A DNA stretch of 38,910 bases from Nanobdellota archaeon (GCA_017610405.1 JAFCCD010000007.1:1-38910); one strand, 5' to 3'. Shown: positions 1-9,951, counted from the first letter of the stretch. Notes: a model not told the origin generated them from the letters alone. Numbers and translations: made by a program.

Positions 1-491
1 TCTTTCAATCCCAAGTCAATAACCGGTTTTATTTGGTGTTTTTCAAGATGTTTATAGACATTTGAATGTTTTGAACCTTTTATTAGAAAAATAAGTGATT
101 CTTGTGCATTTTTCATGTGTTCTGGATCTCCAACAATCCCAACAAAATTATCTTTTAGTTCAAAAGCACATTCTGTTAAATTACTAAGAGTTTTAAGGAC
201 TTTTCCGTGTTTTCCTATAATTCTTGCTCTAACACTTTTCAGATTTTTCTTGGTTGTGTGGTTTTTTATATTGATTATTTCAAATAAATGTCCTTGTTCT
301 TTAATTCTCATAGCTACTGAAAAAGGAAATTTAAATTCAAGAGCATTTATCACTGCTTCTGCAATATATTCATCTTCTGGTTTTCCTTTAACTGTAATCT
401 CTTTGCCGCGATTTATTATCTTTACACCTAGTTTTTCTTCAAGTACTTTTTTATTTCTTATTATCCTTAAAAATTGTTGACAAATTAACAT
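1..491 (-). CDS. KH-domain pre-rRNA processing protein (Dim2/Pno1/Krr1-like), 3'-partial
   Basis: Manual translation from ATG 491-489: MLICQQFLRIIRNKKVLEEKLGVKI...VRARIIGKHGKVLKTLSNLTEC...LIKGSKHSNVYKHLE; GxxG KH loop; no stop before the window edge; follows aIF1A, the usual archaeal context. Confidence 0.88.
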   Translation of the reverse strand, partial: MLICQQFLRIIRNKKVLEEKLGVKIINRGKEITVKGKPEDEYIAEAVINALEFKFPFSVAMRIKEQGHLFEIINIKNHTTKKNLKSVRARIIGKHGKVLKTLSNLTECAFELKDNFVGIVGDPEHMKNAQESLIFLIKGSKHSNVYKHLEKHQIKPVIDLGLK

Positions 492-492
492 T

Positions 493-819
493 TTAAAATT
501 CAGACTTTTCAGATTTGAGGTATCCTTTTTCTTTTAGCCACTCAACCTGATTTCTCCGATATTTGAAAATAACATCTCCTTTATCTTTATCTAGTTCCCA
601 TGGTTCTATAATTACAACGTCTCCAGGACGAAGCCAAAGAGCTCTTTTTAGTCTTCCTGGAACACGGCAGTTTCTTTTTTTCCCATCAAAACAATTCACA
701 AACATTTTGTTTCCTCCAAGTCTTTGATCTATAATTCCAATCATTTCTTCCCCTCTTGGAAGTTTTACTCTTGTAATTTTTTCTTCTTGCTCAGCATTCT
801 TTTTTTTGTTACTTTTCAT
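493..819 (-). CDS. eif1a: translation initiation factor aIF-1A
   Basis: LGGNKMFVNCFDGKKRNCRVPGRLKRALWLRPGDVVIIEPW is the eIF1A OB-fold signature. Confidence 0.96.
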   Translation of the reverse strand: MKSNKKKNAEQEEKITRVKLPRGEEMIGIIDQRLGGNKMFVNCFDGKKRNCRVPGRLKRALWLRPGDVVIIEPWELDKDKGDVIFKYRRNQVEWLKEKGYLKSEKSEF

Positions 820-861
820 TATAATAATTAAAAATAGGCCAGTTTATAAAATTTAGCGCGA

Positions 862-1158
862 TTAAAACAAAACTAAAGCAAATGGAATTCCTTTGATTCT
901 TCCTATTTCTTCTTTTGATATTATTTCTACTTTTAATGCAGTGTTTACAGATTTTTCCCCTACAATATTAAAAGTTGCGTCTTCTGCAGCCATTTTTTTA
1001 ATTATTTTTATAATAGATTGTTCATCGATTAAGTCTCCTTTATAAAAATTTTCTTTAACATTTAGCTGGAATTTTCCTTCTTCAAATTTCTTTCCCAAAA
1101 TCTCTTTATCACAAATAGCAACTACATCTCTATAAGACTTAATTATATTCAAAAACAT
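862..1158 (-). CDS. DUF424 family protein
   Basis: VAICDKEILGKKF...FYKG...NIVGEKSV...IPFA pattern; typical neighbour of aIF2-beta. Confidence 0.85.
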   Translation of the reverse strand: MFLNIIKSYRDVVAICDKEILGKKFEEGKFQLNVKENFYKGDLIDEQSIIKIIKKMAAEDATFNIVGEKSVNTALKVEIISKEEIGRIKGIPFALVLF

Positions 1159-1178
1159 TATAAAAAATAAGATTTGAA

Positions 1179-1373
1179 TTAAAAAGCTTTTTTTGCCCCG
1201 TCCTTAATCGCCTTTTCTGCATTCTCTTTAGATAACATAACACACATTTTAGTTTTATTACATTTTGTACATATTCCTTTTGCCATGTATCCTCCTCGCG
1301 ATGTCTGGACAATTTGTGGGTCTTTCATTTCGATTCCCTTCTCTTTACATACTACACAATATCCTTTTACCAT
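1179..1373 (-). CDS. small basic zinc-ribbon protein (DUF5679-like)
   Basis: YCVVCK...M...GGYMAKGICTKC, two CxxC pairs; strong Shine-Dalgarno upstream. Confidence 0.7.
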   Translation of the reverse strand: MVKGYCVVCKEKGIEMKDPQIVQTSRGGYMAKGICTKCNKTKMCVMLSKENAEKAIKDGAKKAF

Positions 1374-1380
1374 AATATAT

Positions 1381-1387
1381 ACCTCCT
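1381..1387 (-). promoter_or_regulatory. Shine-Dalgarno site AGGAGGT of the zinc-ribbon gene
   Basis: Minus strand AGGAGGT 7 nt before ATG at 1373. Confidence 0.75.
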
Positions 1388-1419
1388 AAAAATCTTAGGA
1401 AATAATGATTTTTAAAGAT

Positions 1420-1839
1420 TTAGATTTTGCTTCTGACACTATGTTCTGCTCCGCAAGCAAGACAATGAACAAAATTGATCCTATCTTTTCTTATTAGTTC
1501 TGTATCTGGCTTTTTACATTCTCTACACAGAACAAACTCATTAACATATTCTCCTATCTTTTTATTTATCTTTGTGCTTGGGACTTTCATGTTTAGGATA
1601 AATCTATTTCCTTCTTTTTGTCCCGAGGCTGCAAGTTCTTTTACCATAAATTTCTGAAAATGCTCTGGTTTTCTTCTTAAGTAAGAAACTATCTGATAAA
1701 AATTTGTGAGAATGGTTTTTCTCCCTTCAAAATGCCCTTCTATCTTTGGAATTTCAAATCTATCTTTTTGAGTGTCTGTTTGTTTTATTTTTCCAAAAGC
1801 TTCTTCAAGCAGTTTTTCATAATTTTCTTTATTTTCCAT
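1420..1839 (-). CDS. eif2b: translation initiation factor aIF-2 beta subunit
   Basis: YEKLLEEAF...RFEIP...TILTNF...C-terminal CRECKKPDT...CLACGA zinc finger. Confidence 0.95.
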   Translation of the reverse strand: MENKENYEKLLEEAFGKIKQTDTQKDRFEIPKIEGHFEGRKTILTNFYQIVSYLRRKPEHFQKFMVKELAASGQKEGNRFILNMKVPSTKINKKIGEYVNEFVLCRECKKPDTELIRKDRINFVHCLACGAEHSVRSKI

Positions 1840-1894
1840 AATTTAAGAGTGAAGAATGAATTTATAAGGTTTTTGAAAGATTAGATTAAAATAA

Positions 1895-2530
1895 TTAACC
1901 CAACCACCTAATTTTTCCTGGTAGAGGTTCAAATACAATTCCTTCTTCAAGAAGTTTTTGAATTTCCTGATCAATTATGGTTTGAGGAATTTCAGAGAAT
2001 TTTTGAATGATTTTTTCAGTTTTTACTCCCCCTTCTTCTTCGGAATTTTTTATCATTTCTAGAATCCTGTCCTTAATTGCAATAATTTGTGCTTTTTCAA
2101 TTGGTTGAACATTTAAGGTCTTATCTTTTTCTGTTTCAAGTTTTCTTAAAAGAAGGTATTTTGGATTTTCTTCTCTTATAATTTCAGGAGAGATATATGT
2201 TTCATCATTCCAATGTCTTAAAACACCAATTACAGCAACTGTTTGTCCTTGTATAATATTTTTGAATTTTTCATAATCATCACCAAAAACCTTAAGCTTT
2301 GTTTGGCCAGATCCATCGTCTATAGTTAAAAATACATATTTTTTTCCTTCATTTCTTCCTTCACTTTCATATTTATCTACAACATTTCCAATTATGTTAA
2401 CTCTTACTATTTTTTTATCCCCGAGTTCAAGGAAAGAGAATCTCCCCTCATTTATTATTGGCTTTCCTATTAATAGGTCTCCTATTCTTAGTTTATATGC
2501 CACATTTCTTTTGAATCTTTCTTCAACCAT
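1895..2530 (-). CDS. replication protein A, RPA32-like subunit (OB fold + C-terminal winged helix)
   Basis: RVNIIGNVVDK...TIDDGSG OB fold; C-terminal LLEEGIVFEPLPG winged helix; next to mcm. Confidence 0.8.
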   Translation of the reverse strand: MVEERFKRNVAYKLRIGDLLIGKPIINEGRFSFLELGDKKIVRVNIIGNVVDKYESEGRNEGKKYVFLTIDDGSGQTKLKVFGDDYEKFKNIIQGQTVAVIGVLRHWNDETYISPEIIREENPKYLLLRKLETEKDKTLNVQPIEKAQIIAIKDRILEMIKNSEEEGGVKTEKIIQKFSEIPQTIIDQEIQKLLEEGIVFEPLPGKIRWLG

Positions 2531-2538
2531 TTTAATAA

Positions 2539-4584
2539 TTATGTTTTTAAAGTTCTCGATATATAGCCTCTTCTAGGTTTATATATTTCCCCACTTATGT
2601 CTAATTTTGTTATTGCTTCATCGATTTCTTCTTTTGTAAGTTTTCCTTCAAGTTCTTTTTCTATTTCTTCCATAGGGATCATTTTCCCAATTTTACCTTC
2701 TAAGTTTATTATGGTATCTCTTACTATAAAGACTTTATTTCTTTGGGAGGCGGGCATTCCTCCTGTCCCCCTGTCTATATCAAAAGTTTTTGATTCGTAA
2801 TCATAACCAACTTGTGTGAGATAATATTTTATTATTTCTATAGCTCTTTTTGCATCTTTTAACTCTACTTCTTCACTAAGTCTCATTTTTGCAGAGGCTT
2901 CTGACATTCTTATCAAGGCTTGTAATTGTCGTGCAGAAATTGGGATAGGTCTTAATGTTCCTTCAGAAGAGACAGGCATATTTCTTAATTCAACATAAAA
3001 ATTCTTTATTTCTTCTACAGCTAAATCTGTTAGTATTGGTTTTATTCTTTGTTTTGCATAAGCTATATATTTTCTAAAAAGATCCCTTGGAATTAACATG
3101 TCTTCTCCTTCTTTTTGATGTTCATGTAAAACATGGTCTGCAATAAGCCCGTCTTTTTTTCTGTTTGGAAGATCTCTAAGGGGAAAGATAACATCAAATC
3201 TGTTGATAAGTGTTGGAGGTAAATCAATTTGTTGTGCAATTGGTTGATAGGGATCGAATCTTCCAAATTTTGGATTTGCAGCTGCAAGAACAGATGTTTC
3301 TGCTCTAAGTGTTGCTTGAACATTTGCTTTGCTAATTGTTATTGTTTGTTGCTCCATTGCTTCATGCATAGCGCTTCTGTCACTAGGATCCATTTTTTCA
3401 AGTTCATCTATACATACTAACCCCTTATTTGCAAGAACCATTGCTCCTGCTTCTAGAGACCAACCTCTTAGATATTCATCTCTTACAACAGTGGCTGTTA
3501 ATCCTGCTCCTGAAGATGATTTTCCAACAACATATCTTCCTTTTGGAGATATATTTGCCATAAAACCTAATATAACTGATTTGGCAACCCCAGGGTCCCC
3601 AATCAAAAGAATATGAATATCTCCCCTACTTTTTTGTCCATCTGCATGGATTTTTGCACGCCCTGCAAATAATTGGAGAACCATTGATTTTTTTATTTCT
3701 TCATATCCCCAAATACTTGGAGAGATACTTTTTGAGAGTTTCTCAAATATTTCTGGATCTTGTGAAAGTTCTAATATCTGTTTTTCATCTTCTTCATTTA
3801 TATTGAGTTCCTCAAAAGTTTCTTCCATAGGAATTATATTATTTGCCTCAATAGCAAGTTCAAAACGTGTTGATAATCCACCAGAATGAAGAGGAACAGG
3901 CACTTCTTTTAGAATTCCAATTATTTTAACTCTGCTTCCGGGTGTTGTTTTTTCTTCCATTTTTGGTTCAACAAGGTCTTCTTTTAGGAAAACATTAATT
4001 CTTTTTGGTTGCTCTCCTCCTGATAGACTTTCTGGTGCTTCTTCGATTACTAGTCTTTGAGTATCTACCATTTCTTTACTCATAAGTCTAAACCCACCTT
4101 TTCTTCCACAAGAACATCTGCTAGGCTCTCTAAATTTTTTTTCTATCTGTAAAACAGAAATAACAGTGCCACAAGAAGGGCATTCAAATTTTGCATTAAC
4201 AACTTGTGGTCTTACATCTGATGCTTGCCTTACAATTCCTTCAATTATAATTATCTCATTAAGATTTCTTGAACGAATAGTTCTTACCTTTATTTCTTGA
4301 GTCTTTGGAATATTTATAAGACGAACCCTTAAATTATTCACAAGCCCTGTTTCTTCAATAGCTATCTCAATTATTCTTAAAGTTTCTTCAGGATTTGTAA
4401 GTATCTCTTCAGCAAGTTTATTTGAGAATTCCGTAAGTTTTTCAAAATCAAAAGGTAATATATTCTTTTCTTTCCTTAGTGACTCACCAATTTCCTTTTT
4501 GTAGAACTCGAAGAAGTTTTTTGCTTCAATTGTTAATTCATCATTCTTTGATTTTCCTGACTGGTCTGGCTCATCCATATTCAT
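2539..4584 (-). CDS. mcm: replicative helicase MCM
   Basis: Zn finger CPSC..CSC, Walker A GDPGVAKS, Walker B CIDELEKM, AAANP sensor, NRFD arginine finger, ISARQL. Confidence 0.98.
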   Translation of the reverse strand: MNMDEPDQSGKSKNDELTIEAKNFFEFYKKEIGESLRKEKNILPFDFEKLTEFSNKLAEEILTNPEETLRIIEIAIEETGLVNNLRVRLINIPKTQEIKVRTIRSRNLNEIIIIEGIVRQASDVRPQVVNAKFECPSCGTVISVLQIEKKFREPSRCSCGRKGGFRLMSKEMVDTQRLVIEEAPESLSGGEQPKRINVFLKEDLVEPKMEEKTTPGSRVKIIGILKEVPVPLHSGGLSTRFELAIEANNIIPMEETFEELNINEEDEKQILELSQDPEIFEKLSKSISPSIWGYEEIKKSMVLQLFAGRAKIHADGQKSRGDIHILLIGDPGVAKSVILGFMANISPKGRYVVGKSSSGAGLTATVVRDEYLRGWSLEAGAMVLANKGLVCIDELEKMDPSDRSAMHEAMEQQTITISKANVQATLRAETSVLAAANPKFGRFDPYQPIAQQIDLPPTLINRFDVIFPLRDLPNRKKDGLIADHVLHEHQKEGEDMLIPRDLFRKYIAYAKQRIKPILTDLAVEEIKNFYVELRNMPVSSEGTLRPIPISARQLQALIRMSEASAKMRLSEEVELKDAKRAIEIIKYYLTQVGYDYESKTFDIDRGTGGMPASQRNKVFIVRDTIINLEGKIGKMIPMEEIEKELEGKLTKEEIDEAITKLDISGEIYKPRRGYISRTLKT

Positions 4585-4691
4585 AAAAAAAAGATATACT
4601 TTTTATAGATTTATATGGATTACAGAGTGGTTTTAGAAATAGGACAATTATCTTTGAGTGGTAAAAGTTTTATGAGAAATTTTTAAGAATT

Positions 4692-5261
4692 CTATTTTTT
4701 ATAATTTTTTAAAATAACTTTAATGTTCTTTAAAAGTTGTTTCATGCTGTATTCTAGCTGTTGTCGATTTTTTGTTCCTGTACATACAAGCTTTCCATTA
4801 CTGAAAAGAAGGAAAGTTGCATTAGGTTCTATGAGTTTATAGACAAGTCCTGGAAATTGCTCTGGTTCGTATTCTGTGTTTTCCATCTCTAAAGCGAGAA
4901 AATTTAGATTAAGTTTAAGATTTATCATTCCTGAAGCAACAATATTTTGAACAGTGATTTTTGGCTTTACTGTTATGTTTACATTGATATTCTTTAGTTG
5001 CTTTATTACTGCTTGAATTACCTTTTTTACTTGTGCAATTGATTTCGTTCCTGTACACACAAGATTTCCTGAACTGAAAACAAGAACTGCTGATTTTGGC
5101 TCTTTTATTCTAAGAACTAAACCAGGAAAGGTTTCTGGATTGTATTCTGTGTTTGGTTGGGTCCTTGCTAATTTTGTTAATGGTATAGGTTTTTCAAGAG
5201 ATGTAGTTGCAACAATATTTTGTATTTTGTAGTTGCTTGCTTTTTTATCAACCATTTTCAT
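4692..5261 (-). CDS. tbp: TATA-binding protein
   Basis: Two repeats QNIVA...EYNPETFPGLV / EYEPEQFPGLV...FSxGxLVCTG. Confidence 0.98.
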   Translation of the reverse strand: MKMVDKKASNYKIQNIVATTSLEKPIPLTKLARTQPNTEYNPETFPGLVLRIKEPKSAVLVFSSGNLVCTGTKSIAQVKKVIQAVIKQLKNINVNITVKPKITVQNIVASGMINLKLNLNFLALEMENTEYEPEQFPGLVYKLIEPNATFLLFSNGKLVCTGTKNRQQLEYSMKQLLKNIKVILKNYKK

Positions 5262-5324
5262 TTATAAAGGGAAAAAAGTATTTATAAAGGTTTATAAATG
5301 AGTTTAGAAAATTTTAGTTAGAAA

Positions 5325-7034
5325 TTAACCATATTTCCAGTTTCTTTTTTTATTTCCAAAATCTTTTTTTATTTCCTTTAGTGTTGTTATTTCACTTAAA
5401 GGCTTGTCTGGGCGAAGTGCTGTAAATCTTGGAAATCTCAAGGCAAAACCAGAGTTGTAATTAGGAGATTTCTGGATTTCTTGATATGTGATAGCAATGA
5501 CAATTTTTGGCATGATTTTTACCGATTTCCCTTTTTCTTCTATAATATATGGTTTTACAAGTTTTGTTAATTGATCAAAAGATATACCTTCTTCTGATTT
5601 TTCTTTTATACCTGTTCCCATTTTTCCTATTGCAAGATATTCTCCTTTGTTTTTTCCTTTACAAGCTAAAATATAACTTGAAAGCCAACCAGAACGTTTC
5701 CCTGTTCCATATTCTGCACCTATTATCACTAAATCAAGATCTTTTACATTTGGTTTTATTTTAATCATATGTCCAACTCTTCTTCCTGGTTTATATTCTG
5801 CTTTAAGATTTTTCATCATAACACCCTCCTGATTATCTTTTAAAGATTTTTTATAAAATTCTTTTGCTTTTTTTAAATCACTTGTTATAATTTGTTTAGA
5901 ATAAATTATTTTGTAAGGGTGATTTGTGATAATATTCCTTATTAACTTAGCTCTTTTTTCAAATGGTTCATCTAATTGAGACTTTCCATTATAATGAAGT
6001 ATGTCAAAAACATTTACTTCAACAGGGAGCTTCTCTTGCAATTTTTTAATATTGTATTTTCTTCTAATTCTTTGACTAATATCTTGGAAAACTTTGTATT
6101 CTTTTGTTTTTTTATCAAAACCAACAGCCTCTGAATCTAATATAAATGATTCTCCTTTTACATATTTATTAATATAATCTACAATTTCTGGAAACTGTTT
6201 CGTAACATTTTCTAAACTTCTTGTAAATAGTTTTATTCCTTCTGAATTTTTATGGATTAACATTCTAAATCCATCATACTTATATTCAATTGCGCAAGGT
6301 TTGCCAACTTCTTTAAAACCTTCTTCAATATTTTTTACTTTTCTTGGAAGCATGGCCTTGATAGGTTTTCCAACTTGAAGTTTTATTTTTTCTAATTCTT
6401 TTATTTTACCTTTTTTAGCGATATCAAAAACTTCTGCGACATCATTTGATTTATCAATAGCTTTTTGAATCATTTCAGAAGCATTTTTATCTTTATTAAA
6501 AAAAGCAGCAGAGAGAGATTCTTTTATAGTACTTTCTTGAACTCCTATCCTTAAATCTCCGATTAAAGTTCTAATTAGATAAAGAGATTCTATTTGGGAA
6601 GCAGATGTAAGGAGTTCTGTTATTAATGATATTTTTTTATTTACAGTTCCTTTTCCTTCAAGTTCTGGCAGTTTACGAATATTTTCAAGAACTTTTTTTG
6701 TTGTAAGAACATAATTATGAAGGGTTGATTGTGTTTTTTTCCCTATTAAAACTTCTGAAACTTTTCCTAAATCACCGATTTCCTTCCATTTGTTAATAAC
6801 TTCTTTTTTATCTATTCCTGTTGATTTAGAAATAGCTTTTATTACTAATTGGTTGCTTATTCCTATTTTTCTTTCATCATATTCTGGATAGATATCTCCC
6901 ATTAAAAGGTATAAAACATCTCTATCTGATTCAGAAAGAGATTTTAAAAATTTTGAAAGAATTTTTATTTTTTCAAGACGTTTTGTTGTTTCGGATAATT
7001 CTTTATATAGTTCTGAAAGTTTTTGATATCTCAT
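5325..7034 (-). CDS. lig: ATP-dependent DNA ligase
   Basis: EYKYDGFR adenylation motif, EGVMMK, YKPGRR, ALRFPRF..LRPDK. Confidence 0.97.
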   Translation of the reverse strand: MRYQKLSELYKELSETTKRLEKIKILSKFLKSLSESDRDVLYLLMGDIYPEYDERKIGISNQLVIKAISKSTGIDKKEVINKWKEIGDLGKVSEVLIGKKTQSTLHNYVLTTKKVLENIRKLPELEGKGTVNKKISLITELLTSASQIESLYLIRTLIGDLRIGVQESTIKESLSAAFFNKDKNASEMIQKAIDKSNDVAEVFDIAKKGKIKELEKIKLQVGKPIKAMLPRKVKNIEEGFKEVGKPCAIEYKYDGFRMLIHKNSEGIKLFTRSLENVTKQFPEIVDYINKYVKGESFILDSEAVGFDKKTKEYKVFQDISQRIRRKYNIKKLQEKLPVEVNVFDILHYNGKSQLDEPFEKRAKLIRNIITNHPYKIIYSKQIITSDLKKAKEFYKKSLKDNQEGVMMKNLKAEYKPGRRVGHMIKIKPNVKDLDLVIIGAEYGTGKRSGWLSSYILACKGKNKGEYLAIGKMGTGIKEKSEEGISFDQLTKLVKPYIIEEKGKSVKIMPKIVIAITYQEIQKSPNYNSGFALRFPRFTALRPDKPLSEITTLKEIKKDFGNKKRNWKYG

Positions 7035-7282
7035 TTGTTTCCATGTTTTTCATTTATTCTAATTAAGCCATAAATTGAGGAGATTATAAAAACTCCTTGG
7101 AGAATTATAAAAACTAAATCATTAATATAAATACTATAAATTTCTAAACATATCCCCCCTAATATAAGTAAAGGATAAGTATATCGTCTTCTAATACTTT
7201 TTTTCATAGAAACCATAAATGTTCCAAAAATTATTGCTATTAATCCAATAATCGCTAATATATGAAAAATGTTTGTCACCAT
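7031..7282 (-). CDS. small membrane protein, about 3 TM helices
   Basis: Three hydrophobic segments; ATGA overlap with ligase start; TATA-like TTAAAAA upstream. Confidence 0.7.
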   Translation of the reverse strand: MVTNIFHILAIIGLIAIIFGTFMVSMKKSIRRRYTYPLLILGGICLEIYSIYINDLVFIILQGVFIISSIYGLIRINEKHGNK

Positions 7283-7314
7283 GGGTATTCTAAGAAAGAG
7301 ATATTTTTAAGTTT

Positions 7315-7896
7315 TCAGTATTCTTCGCATTTCATTTGATAAAATGATTGTCCATGATCGCAAGAAGGACATTTTTTTAGTGCTTCTTTTCCTTTATGAA
7401 CATATCCACATTCTCTACAAACCCATTCTACTTCTTTTTCTTTTTTAAATACAGTTTTATTTTTAACTTGTTCTAAAAGTTTTTTGTATCTTTCTTCATG
7501 ATGCTTTTCTGCTATTGCAATTGCTTTCAACCTTTCTGCAATTTTTGGAAGCTTTTCTTCTTCTGCTATTTTTGCGAATTCAGGATACATTTCAGAATAT
7601 TCGTAATGTTCCCCCTCAATTGCAGCTTGAATGTTTTCTTTTGTAGTTCCATAAATTGTTGGCGCGGTGGCATCTACATGTATTTCTTTATTATTTCCTA
7701 ACTCTTTTTTTAATTCTTGTATGTGTTCAAATAATCTTTTTGCATGTTCTTTTTCATTGTCAGATGTAATCAAAAATATTTCTGCGATTTGTTCATAACC
7801 TTCTTTTTTTGCAATTTTTGCATAAAAAGTATATCTGTTCCTTGCTTGACTTTCACCTATGAAGGCCTTTGTAAGATTTTGAATTGTTTTTTCCAT
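7315..7896 (-). CDS. rbr: rubrerythrin
   Basis: AFIGESQARNRY, EKEH and EKHH di-iron ligands, C-terminal CRECG...CPSC rubredoxin domain. Confidence 0.95.
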   Translation of the reverse strand: MEKTIQNLTKAFIGESQARNRYTFYAKIAKKEGYEQIAEIFLITSDNEKEHAKRLFEHIQELKKELGNNKEIHVDATAPTIYGTTKENIQAAIEGEHYEYSEMYPEFAKIAEEEKLPKIAERLKAIAIAEKHHEERYKKLLEQVKNKTVFKKEKEVEWVCRECGYVHKGKEALKKCPSCDHGQSFYQMKCEEY

Positions 7897-7931
7897 CTTT
7901 TGTCTAAAAAATTGATAGTTTAAATAATTAG

Positions 7932-8504
7932 TTATTTCCCTAATCTTTTTCTTGCTCTTAGGCTTGGACGGGTTTTCATCTCTCGAGATTTTTTCCGAAG
8001 TCCACGAGATTTTTTCCCTGCGCTTGTAAGCCCTTTGAAAACTCTTTTTCTATTTTCTGGTTTTGTTATCCAGTTAATAGTTTTATCATTTTTTATTTCA
8101 GGCCTTTTAGGATCCACTAAAATAACTTCATAGAAATAAGATATTCCATCTTTTCCGAGCAAATAAGAGTTAAGCACTTCAAGATTTGTATATTTTCTTG
8201 CAGCCCTTTGTTCTGCAATTCCTTTATAATTCATTCTTAGATTTTTTCTTGTGTGGAGTCTTTTACTTCTTCGTCCTTTGTTTGGCCTTGGTCTTTTATG
8301 TCCTCCTCGCTTAAGTTTTACACGAACAATTACAAAGCCTTTTTTGTCTTTGTATCCCAAGGTCCGCGCCCTGTCAATTCTTAATGGTTTTTCAACTTTT
8401 GTGATTGCTTGACCTTTACGCCATTCAATTCTTCTCTTTCTCATAGTTTCTCTATCTGGTTTTTTCCAGGCTTCTCTCATAAAGTGATACATTCCTTTTG
8501 TCAT
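7932..8504 (-). CDS. rpl15e: 50S ribosomal protein L15e
   Basis: RIDRARTLGYK..KGFV, NLEVLNSY, YEVILVDP, GLTSAGKKSRGL. Confidence 0.97.
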   Translation of the reverse strand: MTKGMYHFMREAWKKPDRETMRKRRIEWRKGQAITKVEKPLRIDRARTLGYKDKKGFVIVRVKLKRGGHKRPRPNKGRRSKRLHTRKNLRMNYKGIAEQRAARKYTNLEVLNSYLLGKDGISYFYEVILVDPKRPEIKNDKTINWITKPENRKRVFKGLTSAGKKSRGLRKKSREMKTRPSLRARKRLGK

Positions 8505-8553
8505 TTTATTTTTTTTAAAGTTTGGTTTTGTTTAATCTTTTTTGAAAAGATTA

Positions 8554-8628
8554 TGAGCCTGCACGGATTTGAACCGTGGACCCCTACCTTATCAGAGTAG
8601 TGCTCTAACCAGACTGAGCTACAGGCTC
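8554..8628 (-). tRNA. tRNA-Ile (GAU)
   Basis: GAGCCTG acceptor pairs with CAGGCTC; anticodon arm CTACT-CTGATAA-GGTAG; T loop TTCAAAT; no intron, CCA not encoded. Confidence 0.95.
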
Positions 8629-8666
8629 ATATAAGAAAAATAGATTTAATTGATTTATAAGGTTTA

Positions 8667-9335
8667 TCACTCTTTAGCTTCAATTTCAAGAATGAGTTTT
8701 TCCTTAGATAAATTATAATTTTTTACTGGAAGGCTTATGGGAATTATTTTATAATAAACTTTATTTTTTGCCAGAGCCTTTATTTCAATGCTACTCTCAA
8801 GCTGAATTATAGAAATATCTTTTGTTGATTTGACTCCAGGTAGATTTATTTCGTATATTATCTTATCTGCAAATCTTCTCATGTTTGTTTTTGGTTCTTT
8901 TTTTGGCAGTCCTGCAAATTTCTTTGAATTTGATACTGGAAGTTTAATTTCTTCTTCCTTTTTTATTTGTTTTTCTTTTTCTTCGAATTTAGGAAGGTTT
9001 CCAAAAGACTTGACTTTTATTTTAGGAGGTTTGTTTCCGGAAGTATAAATACTGATACCTATTCCTCCTTTTTTTGCTTCTGATTTTTTAGACTTATTTT
9101 TTACATCTTCAAATTCATTAAATTTTTTATTGAGGTTTTTAAGAACCGTATTAAGTAAAGTATTAAATCCCATTGGGAGTTTCATTTCTTCATATTGAAA
9201 ATCGTTTTTTCCGAGGATACCCCAGTCCTTCTTATCTTTAATGAAGTCTTTTATCTGAATTCTGCAATAAGGACAAAAATTGTAACTTTCCTTTATTTTT
9301 TTTCCACAGTTTCTGCATTTTTTCTTTTTGAACAT
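8667..9335 (-). CDS. N-terminal zinc ribbon + C-terminal Hsp20/alpha-crystallin-like protein
   Basis: CRNCG...FCPYC; C-terminal EP...YEINLPGVKS..DI...IEIKA...YYKII...LILEI resembles archaeal small heat-shock domain. Confidence 0.7.
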   Translation of the reverse strand: MFKKKKCRNCGKKIKESYNFCPYCRIQIKDFIKDKKDWGILGKNDFQYEEMKLPMGFNTLLNTVLKNLNKKFNEFEDVKNKSKKSEAKKGGIGISIYTSGNKPPKIKVKSFGNLPKFEEKEKQIKKEEEIKLPVSNSKKFAGLPKKEPKTNMRRFADKIIYEINLPGVKSTKDISIIQLESSIEIKALAKNKVYYKIIPISLPVKNYNLSKEKLILEIEAKE

Positions 9336-9429
9336 AGAAGATTAATAGGAGTTTTCTTTAAATAATTATCTAAACTTTTGTATAGTAAATAACAACAATC
9401 ATTATATACTTTTTATTTGATAAAAAAGT

Positions 9430-9921
9430 ATGGTTGAAAGATCTGAATTGGAGAAAAGGGTACGAAGATTAATAGCGGGAGATATTACTTATAGAGTGTT
9501 GAAAAGTCTTGGAGATAAAGGTACTAGAAGGCTTAATAAAAGAGCAGCAAATATAGTTGAACTCTTGGAAAAAGGTGAAGAACCTAATAATAGATTTTTT
9601 GCTGAAATTAAGGTGATTCCAGAGCAAAAAGCTAGAACTATGAAAGAAGGAATAGATGCTTTTAAGCAAAAATATCCTAATTATGGAAAAATTTTAGAAG
9701 GATTAATCGCTGAAAAAAGAGAAAGAAAAAATAAAAATTTAGTTTATTTATTAAGTAAAGGTTATAACCTTTCAGAAGAAGATTATGTTCAAGTTATAAT
9801 GAACCTCGGTTTTGAGAAAAGAGAAGCATCTTCAATGTATCCTCATATCTTAGCTATTTCTGAAAGATTAGGGAAAGCAGATGAGTACAAAGAAAGAACA
9901 ATTTTACTTTCTAAAAGTTAA
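9430..9921 (+). CDS. hypothetical protein
   Basis: 163-aa ORF filling the gap, TTATATA box about 28 nt upstream, genome-typical composition. Confidence 0.75.
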   Translation: MVERSELEKRVRRLIAGDITYRVLKSLGDKGTRRLNKRAANIVELLEKGEEPNNRFFAEIKVIPEQKARTMKEGIDAFKQKYPNYGKILEGLIAEKRERKNKNLVYLLSKGYNLSEEDYVQVIMNLGFEKREASSMYPHILAISERLGKADEYKERTILLSKS

Positions 9922-9951
9922 CTTTTTATATCTGTTTCTTGTAGGAAATTT

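Noticed and set aside
115-480. Plus-strand 121-aa ORF, and similar antisense ORFs across the track (e.g. 11786..12226, 18812..19129, 3329..3616)
   Set aside because: Shadows of well-supported genes on the opposite strand; Phe/Ser/Ile-rich composition, no motifs
4620-4670. GAGTGGT repeated twice upstream of mcm as origin recognition boxes
   Set aside because: Too short, poor match to ORB consensus, no cdc6/orc1 nearby
8409-8600. ORFs overlapping the tRNA genes (also 27065..27262)
   Set aside because: Run through tRNA sequence and are antisense to real genes
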